Origin: Mesotaenium endlicherianum
Taxonomy: Eukaryota
DNA: 42,369 nucleotides
Direction of reading: 5' to 3'
Assembly: GCA_009602735.1 (NCBI GenBank)
Contig: WELA01000694.1
Coordinates: 678,325-720,693, forward strand
The notes beneath the pieces are model-generated. The model was not told the origin of the DNA and made no database searches. It saw only the letters and a list, made by a program, of their open reading frames with translations. Shown piece by piece: positions 35,173-42,369 of the stretch (its first letter is position 1; each line of letters opens with the position of its first letter). The position numbers and the translations under genes were made by a program.

Positions 35173-36202
35173 CTAAGACAGAGAAGGCCATGAAGTGGTC
35201 GATGTCAATTGGGGAATTGCCTCCGATGTAACAGCCTCTGATGTAACAGCCTCTGATGTATCAGCCCCTGATGTCTTTGGAATACCTAAGGGCTTTCTTG
35301 AGGGCCACTGTATAACTTTCGAGAAATATGCTGGCGCAACGATTCCATTCACGCCTTCCGTGAGGACAACGTTGTTGGTGGACGTGTAGAAGACGATGCC
35401 GTCTGTTCAACGGCAAATTGTATCAGACCTCAGCTCGTTAGCCAACGTCGCAAGCCAGCACGTTTCGGAGCTATTGCACGCCAGTAAGACAAGAAAGACA
35501 AGAAAGCGTGGGAGTGGCGGGGAGGAGTGAGTCCCGCATTCTTCAGCGCACATGACAAACTCACTCGACTGACACCACCTGTCCTGCAAAATGGGGCCCA
35601 TTCCTCTGCCAATCAAGCTTTCAGGCTGCTGCGGGGGAGCGGAACGCAATTGAGCACGTAACCTGCACTGCCTTTGCCGGAAATTGAGCGAAGGCTCAAA
35701 AGAGGACCGAGCACGCACCTCTTATGGCTTTGGCGAGATCCAGGTAAATGACAACCTCGCACGAGCTTCTCATTCCTGCACCGCCGTCCGCCCCACACAT
35801 ACAACAACACCAGTATTCAGGTAGGTCCCTGCGCTCTTCTCAACTCATACATGACAAGTCACATGAATCCCAAGCATGACAGTGTCCAATCCTGATCACC
35901 AACCTCCCCACATGCACACAGACGTACGCGCCGCCCCCCCACGTCGCACTCCGTAACCTTTTAACGCCACAGGGCGCGCTGGCTCCACGGGCGTGTTGAC
36001 GCGTTGGACACATGACGTGTTGCATGCGTCACGGGAAAACGGACGGGCGGCCAGGCGGTGGCAGCGAGCCTCGCTTACCACTGATAACGTCAGCCCCCCT
36101 GGGGAGCCCCACCGCAAAGTGGACGTGGTTGCGCTTCATGCGGCTCAGGCCATGCTCCAGAATCGAGGGCAGGTGCCTCAGGTACGTCCCATGCACGCAC
36201 TC

Positions 36203-36256
<54 letters not shown>

Positions 36257-39200
36257 CGCGTGCGACATCAGCAAATGTATTTGAACAACAGGTGCACACA
36301 CATGTGCCTGCGCGGCAACAAAAAGTGAGTGCGCATGTTGCTCTGTGGCGCAAGATAGCCACAAGTCCTGCTCCCAGCCGTGCCTTGCTCTTCAGCAGGG
36401 CACATGCTGCCACAAGAAGCAGCGGGAGGCGAATTGCGTAGACAAACATGAGTGGTATAGGAAGAAGCTCCATGGGATCGAGACAACCGTGAAGGTGCCA
36501 AGGCCGTGGCAGCCTAGCAATCCAACACATGGCAGTGGCAGGAAAGGGGCGTATGTGGTGAGCTGACCTGGAAAGTCCTCCGGGCGTGTGATGGGCTCCA
36601 GCAAGTGCTCCGATTCCACCTCCTGGATCCCACACCGGAGCGCAGCACATACGCATGCGGATCAGTTCCACCCTGACCCTGACCCTGACCCTGACCCTGA
36701 TCCTGACTCCCACTCTGACTTGGGCCCCGTTCCCCCTCCAACACTGACATCAATCTTGATTTGACTTCCCTTGTGACTCTGACCCTCCCCTGCCCCTGCC
36801 GCTGGAAACCGATTGGCCACACGTACCACAAATCTACACTCGCAGGCCCCTTCCAGACTGCAACTACGCACCCACTACGCACCCACGAGCCTACTGACAG
36901 CCTGTGCACATAAGGGCCCAGAAGGTTCGGGGTGGCCGAATAGCGAGATGTAACCATCGCTTGTCTGATTCTAAGCAGACAAAATATATCCGCTCACTGC
37001 CCTCCTCTCTGAGTATACGGGAAGCTGCTGGCAGGGCCTGCTGGTCCTTACAGCGAGGCTGTGGCCCTGGTTGGCGCGGATCATCAAGCCCCCCCGCCCG
37101 CCCTCCGAGTCGTCCTCTAGGAGCCCAAAGCGCTCCTTCTCATCCACGCGCGCCGCCTGCGCCCCGCTCCCGAGCCCCACGAGCGTTGCAACTCGGTCAG
37201 CACAAGGCAGCCATGGGGTGGGACGGCCAGCAGGCAGGCCGGCCAGTCTTGCCTCCCCCCTCTCCCCCCCCCTGCACGGGGGGGTTTACACTTCCGCGCA
37301 TGGCAAGCGCGCAAGAGGTGTGCACTGAGAGGGTGGGCAAGCGGGCAGCAATGTGGCGACAACTGGGGGCGGCTTGTGCATGAAGAAACTGTCAAGAGTA
37401 TGGAGGGGAGGGAGGGCCGCAGGAGGGGCGAGGGGGCCGNGCAAACAGTCGTGCGAGAAGGTGGGCCTTTCTCGGGCAACATATTATTTCTGCTCAAGAT
37501 GCACCGTGCAGGAGATGCTTTCTAGTGGCAGCGAGGCAACAGCGGACTCACCTCTCGGACGTCCGCCTCGGTGTAGCTGTCCAGCGGGCGGTTGGCCTGG
37601 GTCTTGAGCTTCAGCCGGAGAAGGTCCTTGACGTACACGTAGCCGTCGGGCCGCATGGGCAGCCTCAGCTCCCTTGCCTGGTGCCGCAGCACCCTTGTCC
37701 TGCGCACAGGTGACAGCGCACACGCACATGCACACACACGGTTGACTGCGTGCCAGGCACATGCCTTCAGGGCCCCCAACACGTGCCCTCCCTGTCATTA
37801 AGCTGCACGTGCCCGGCATGGGCTTCAAGGCTAAGCGGCGTCAGCGGCGTGGCGGGCAGAGACGAGGTGCAACGATGGCAGCTTGGATCAGAAGCACGGG
37901 CAACGTCGTGCACTTGCTCTATCTCAGCGCCTGTAGACTAGAGCCAATGACGCTTCTGGAGGACGATGCTGACGGTGATGAGGTGCAGAGCCCTCCGCTG
38001 CCTTTGCCTGCCGGGCCATACTGCCGGTCCAGATCGAGAGTATGCACACCGAATGAGGTTCCTTGACTATACACACGTCCAGGTCAGGAGCTCTCGACAG
38101 CTCCCATGGTCATGCACAACAGCTCCCATGGTCAGGCACAATGCCCAGCAAGTTCCCCTCTATCAATTTCCAACCTCACAACAGCGGCTGGCTTTCAAGG
38201 TCATTAGAGCGTTGGACTAGGAGGAACAGCAACAGGAGGTTTCGTCCTCTAGTGGCTCTCATGTAGGGCATCCGCATCCCCCATCACCACCCACAAGAGC
38301 AGCAGAGCAGCAGCAGCACAGCACCGCACAGCACAGCAGGGCAGGCACTGACATGCAACGACCGAGAGCGTTGCCGTCGTCCCGCCTCCTCCATCCATCC
38401 CCTCCTCCACGTCCCCCGTCCTCCTGCCTTCCTCCTGCTGCTGCTTCGTGGCGAGCCCCTCCCATTGCTCTCCCACCCTTACTGGCATGGCCGGGCCCCC
38501 TCCCAGATGGCTCTCCATAGCCACCCCGCCCTCGAGACACTCCGTACCCCTGCCCCCGCCCCCGCCCCTGCACCGGACCTTGCCCCTGCACTGGTGCCAG
38601 AGCCGCAGCAGGTGCGACTGTCGATGCCACATACTGCACTCCTGCTCCTCCTCCTCCACCGCCCCACCCTCCGCTGCCTCGTCCCCTTCCTTGCCCTCCT
38701 GCCAGACCTCTTCCCCCTCCGCCACCACCAATCTGCTCCTCAACCCCTGCCTCTCTGCCTGAGCCTGCAGCTTCAATGTCCCGCCTGCCTGGCCCCGTAG
38801 GTACAAGAGCTTCAGCTTTCACCTGCACTTCTTCGGGCAGCTTTTCATGATCGTCATGCGCAGGGGACTGCTGCAGGTCCATGGGTGAAGTAGCTAGAGC
38901 AGCATTAGCAGCAGCAGCAGGAGCAGCCACAGACACGTCAATTGCTCCTGCAGGCTTTCCCCAGGCATGGCCTGCTATTGGGGATTGTTTCACCTCAAAG
39001 CCTGGCCGTGGCCCAAAGCCTCTAGCTGGCTGCACAGCAGGAGGTGCCTCTACACCCGTCGCTGGTCTTGGCTTCCACGTACTCTGTGTGTGAGCATGAG
39101 GTGCGTTCACTTGGCCGTGCTCTTGTGGATGCGATTCCAAAGGCTGTTCTCCATGATGTGTAGCTGGCAAGGGCCTCAACTCTTGCTGCTTGTCTCTTGA

Positions 39201-39299
39201 TGGTATCTCCTTACCTGATCCTTTTCCTCTTCTCTTTGAAGCTCCCTTTGCGGATGCTGTGGCAAGACTAGGAAAATCGTCTTCGGAAATATTCGACAT
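35173..39299 (-). CDS. TPT1: tRNA 2'-phosphotransferase (Tpt1/KptA/TRPT1) with a long N-terminal extension; possible extra first exon 39633-39541
   Basis: Exons (minus): 39299-38353, 37699-37552, 37156-37052, 36622-36568, 36201-36079, 35775-35719, 35402-35173 (TAG), all in phase. Motifs TRVLRH, MRPDGYV, KERF, IRANQGHS, CVHGTY, GLSRMKRNHVHF, VISGMRSSCEVVIYLD, FYTSTNNVVLTEG. The catalytic Arg-His-Arg-Arg tetrad is present. Confidence 0.95.
36212..36254. repeat. (CA)n microsatellite just upstream (minus strand) of the TPT1 acceptor at 36201
   Basis: About 21 CA units. Confidence 0.95.
36671..36706 (-). repeat. (TCAGGG)n telomere-variant hexamer repeat in a TPT1 intron
   Basis: Five perfect CCCTGA units plus TCCTGA on the + strand. 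Confidence 0.85.
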
Positions 39300-39633
39300 T
39301 GTTGGTGTCTTTAAGCAGTGCTGCTCAGCTTCAACCTTTCCAGGCACAAAAATGTTGCTCAAATTGATGTCATAGGATAACGCAAAAGAATTCACATAAG
39401 CGACTCTACACAACTTTGTCTGTATCAAACTTTGCACAGAAGTCTGTTGCTTATTGTAGCCAAGTTTTATGTGTACGCTTGAACGGGAACTGTGGACTTT
39501 GATTGAGACTGTATCTAGAACGTCTGCATAGAAAGCTGACCGAAACCGCACTGGATAGATGCAGGTTATGACTTTTGATCGCATTCCTCCTGATTCCTCC
39601 TCGTCTTGAAGCACGGGGATTTTGGAGCTTCAT

Positions 39634-40123
39634 ATGACGTTTGGTGTAGTTGACTTAGCACACAAGCGACATCAGAACACCCGATTATGGTTTCATGCAC
39701 GTCTTGCATGCATAAATATTGTCCCCACCAGTATCGATAATGACATATGCGACTGTATGCGACAGCTGCGTTATTGACTTGGCAAGCGGACTTCGTTGAA
39801 AAGAGTCATCATTTCGAGAACCGACAAGTGCTTTCGGTACAAAAGTTACTGTTCAATCGTTATTACTGGTTATTACTACTATCCGGTGTGCTTGCCATCT
39901 GCATTCTCATTGTGTGAAAGCATTATCATAAGAAGCAGTTGTACTATCATCACCTTCTCTCCGAGTCAATATCTTAAGCTTCCTCAAGATGCCCAACCCA
40001 TGCTTCGTGCTCTAAGTCGCTATCTTGCCTAAGGAAGCGATTGTTATCGTAAACCTCAGGTGCCATGTATATTAGTGTTCGCAAATAAAACCTTTCCTTT
40101 GCAGCATTGGGGCAGCCTTTGAG
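39634..40123. promoter_or_regulatory. Putative bidirectional promoter (TPT1 / type II membrane protein gene)
   Basis: About 490 bp between divergent coding starts (about 820 bp if the 39299 ATG is used). Confidence 0.45.
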
Positions 40124-41416
40124 ATGAACGTTCAGTCAACGCCATTAGCAGGAGCTTCTGCTACTCCTTCTGGCAGAAAAAAGGACAAGCAATTGTCAGT
40201 CATATGGATCGGTTTTGCTGGCTTTGCAGCTGGGGTTGTGCTCATTATGACTGTCAGAGCCTCCGGATACTATAATCGCGGGGAAATGGGTGATCATCCC
40301 GTCTCAGCAGAGAGCTTGGGTGATTCCTTGCAGGGGTGAGTGATAGCTTCGAAATATGTTATGTTTTGTGAGAGACTCAGCTCCCCTCACGATGCCGTGT
40401 ACAATCAAAAGCAGAATGAATATACCTCCGGCTGCAATCTGATTCTGCGGGCACTTGCTTGTTAGCTATGCTTTTCATCAAGGCTATTGATTGGAGAGAC
40501 TTTGAGTTGACGGTGGTGCTTCAGCTACAAAATGCTCTACTATGTATCTCTTCGGCCATTAACAAATCAGTGGAGCTCATGTAAACTTGCGGACTGATGA
40601 CTTTTAATATAGCACTTTCTCATCTTGAACGCAACTCCCGGTTGCATCACAGCCACCTGTGCATACTGGAGAGGAACAGCCGATGAATTCGAGGTGTAGA
40701 TGCACAGCAGCTTAAGTTCTTCAAGCGATTGTTGGGTTGCTCTGAAGCTTCTGATTCATGTGCTGTAAAAGTTGATGGAGGTGTCCCTGCTTGTCGGACC
40801 TTCCTGGGTTGTGCTCTGTTAAAGGCCCCCTAAAGACATGGTTCTTCAAGTGTCATGAATAATCTGCAATATTACAACCTCGGTCTTTGCGGGGATATGT
40901 AGTAGTGAAGCATAGCATACCGTTGCATCATACACACCTTAAGGGCCAACTTGTCTGCTGCTGCCCCGGGGAATCACAGCATTTGGAGTGTGGAAATTCA
41001 AAACTCCTGACGTAGTATGAGTCAGTATATGGGCTGGACACACATAGGCAACACTAGAATGAATGAAACCCTAATGTGATCTGACCAAAACAGGGCCTTG
41101 AAATAATCTCCAGTCGCGTGCCGCTTGCATATCTGGCTCTGTCACTCATCACTGGCACTTGTTCCTGCCCTGCTTCTGGACAATGGCGACTGTGGCTCGT
41201 GTCCCCTGCAGCACGGGAGGTCCTCCCTCAGCTGGCCAAGGGGGAGGACGCTATGCAGGTGGGGGAGGGTGGTGGAGCGTCTCCAACCAGGTGGAGGAGC
41301 GAGTGAGCTCGATCGACAAGAACCTGAGGGCCTCCATTGACAAGCTGCAGAAGACGCTGGCAAGCAGCTTGCAGGGACTTCTCGCCAAGGATGCCCTCAT
41401 GTCGGCGGCCTTGCAG
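40124..41416 (+). CDS. Type II membrane protein (short basic cytosolic tail, one TM helix, coiled-coil stem); 3'-partial, possibly a Golgi enzyme
   Basis: Exon 40124-40335 (MNVQ..GRKKDKQLSVIWIGFAGFAAGVVLIMTV; donor gg|GTGAGT) is in phase with exon 41212-41416 (..VEERVSSIDKNLRASIDKLQKTLASSLQGLL..; donor GTCCGT). No catalytic domain is visible in the window. Confidence 0.6.
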
Positions 41417-42369
41417 GTCCGTCAAGAGCCGCTCGTTTTCCCTCTTCTGCTGTGACCTTCACTCTGGTTCCTTGGCAGTCGTGCGTCTCCACTGACCCTC
41501 CGAGCCTGCAGCTGTTGTCATCACCCGTCGCAGCTCTGGTCCTCAGCCCCACTCCCCTGCCTGGCGTCACTCAGTCAGGGTGATCTTGAATCACGTCTGG
41601 GGGCAAGGAGCAGCAAATGCTTTCTGCCGCTGCCCTTGTGTGCTGTGAGCTGCTAAGCCAGTGCCTTGTCCAGCTGGTTGTCTTCCCCCCTCCCTTTCTC
41701 ACCTTGCTCAGCAGGCTCCGCAATTTCCACTCTCGTATGCCCCACCCAGGAGACAGGAGAAGACAGGAGAGCTTTGCTTCTGCGCTGCCTGTGGGGCTCC
41801 TTGTCCAAGGGCTCAGGCTGCTTGCGACGAGGTGCAATGGAATTTTCAAGGGGTCTGATACTACGCCTCTACACGCATGCATGTGATATGTCAGGACTGC
41901 CATACAGAAGTGCTGACAGCATCTTAGTATCTTTGCTGCCTGCTTAGGGCGTGCACTCTGTAGTGGAGGTCACTTTCCTGCAAGTGACAAGCTCTCAGGT
42001 GGGGGGGAAAAGGCCTGCCTGCCTGCGTATGGGCTGACGCTTCTGAAGCCACTTCAGAGCTGTTATTACAGGTATCAATGGAGCAAGCAGTTGTGCCGGT
42101 TATAGCAAGTGAGGCGTGGCGTATTGTTGTGCAAGCTACAGGGAGATCTTGAAGTGACAGCAGGTGCACAGCTGGCATGATCAAAGGCAAAGCTGGTGGC
42201 AGCTCATTGCTTACCTTGCATCGTATTAGGGGGGGATGTGAGGTAACGCGTAGGGTCGATCTCAGGTGCATGCCTTCCTGCTGGCATGCTCGATCACTGC
42301 GCAAGCCAACAAAGGGAGGTCACCTGAGAGCGAAGCATGACCCCATTCCCCCCCAACTCACCTCCCCCC

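Noticed and set aside
1..42369. CRISPR arrays, tRNA or rRNA genes, prokaryotic operons
   Set aside because: No regularly spaced repeat-spacer array or cloverleaf was seen, and the gene structure is spliceosomal.

Overview
Eukaryotic nuclear DNA with many spliced, microsatellite-rich introns. Protein similarity to land plants, GC-rich exons and weak GT donors suggest a streptophyte green alga (inference). Eight genes were reconstructed by hand from GT/AG sites and reading-frame continuity: (1) 3' part of GPN-loop GTPase GPN3 (+); (2) ODR-4-like membrane protein (-); (3) four-CCHC zinc-knuckle protein with a long disordered tail (+); (4) a putative catalytically altered PD-(D/E)XK restriction-endonuclease-fold protein (-) spanning a 667-nt N gap; (5) a cyanobacterial-type YaaW/UPF0174-like protein (-); (6) a small twin-CX9C protein (+); (7) tRNA 2'-phosphotransferase Tpt1/KptA with a ~300-aa RG/RGG-rich N-terminal extension (-); (8) 5' part of a type II membrane protein (+). 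Six of the eight form three compact head-to-head pairs. Accessory DNA includes an LTR-like block and an AT-rich transposase-like relic at about 20.5-24.6 kb, and a ~574-bp head-to-tail duplication with hairpins and inverted termini at 33.4-34.6 kb. No rRNA, tRNA or CRISPR array was recognised. All family assignments rest on motifs recognised from memory, not on database searches.
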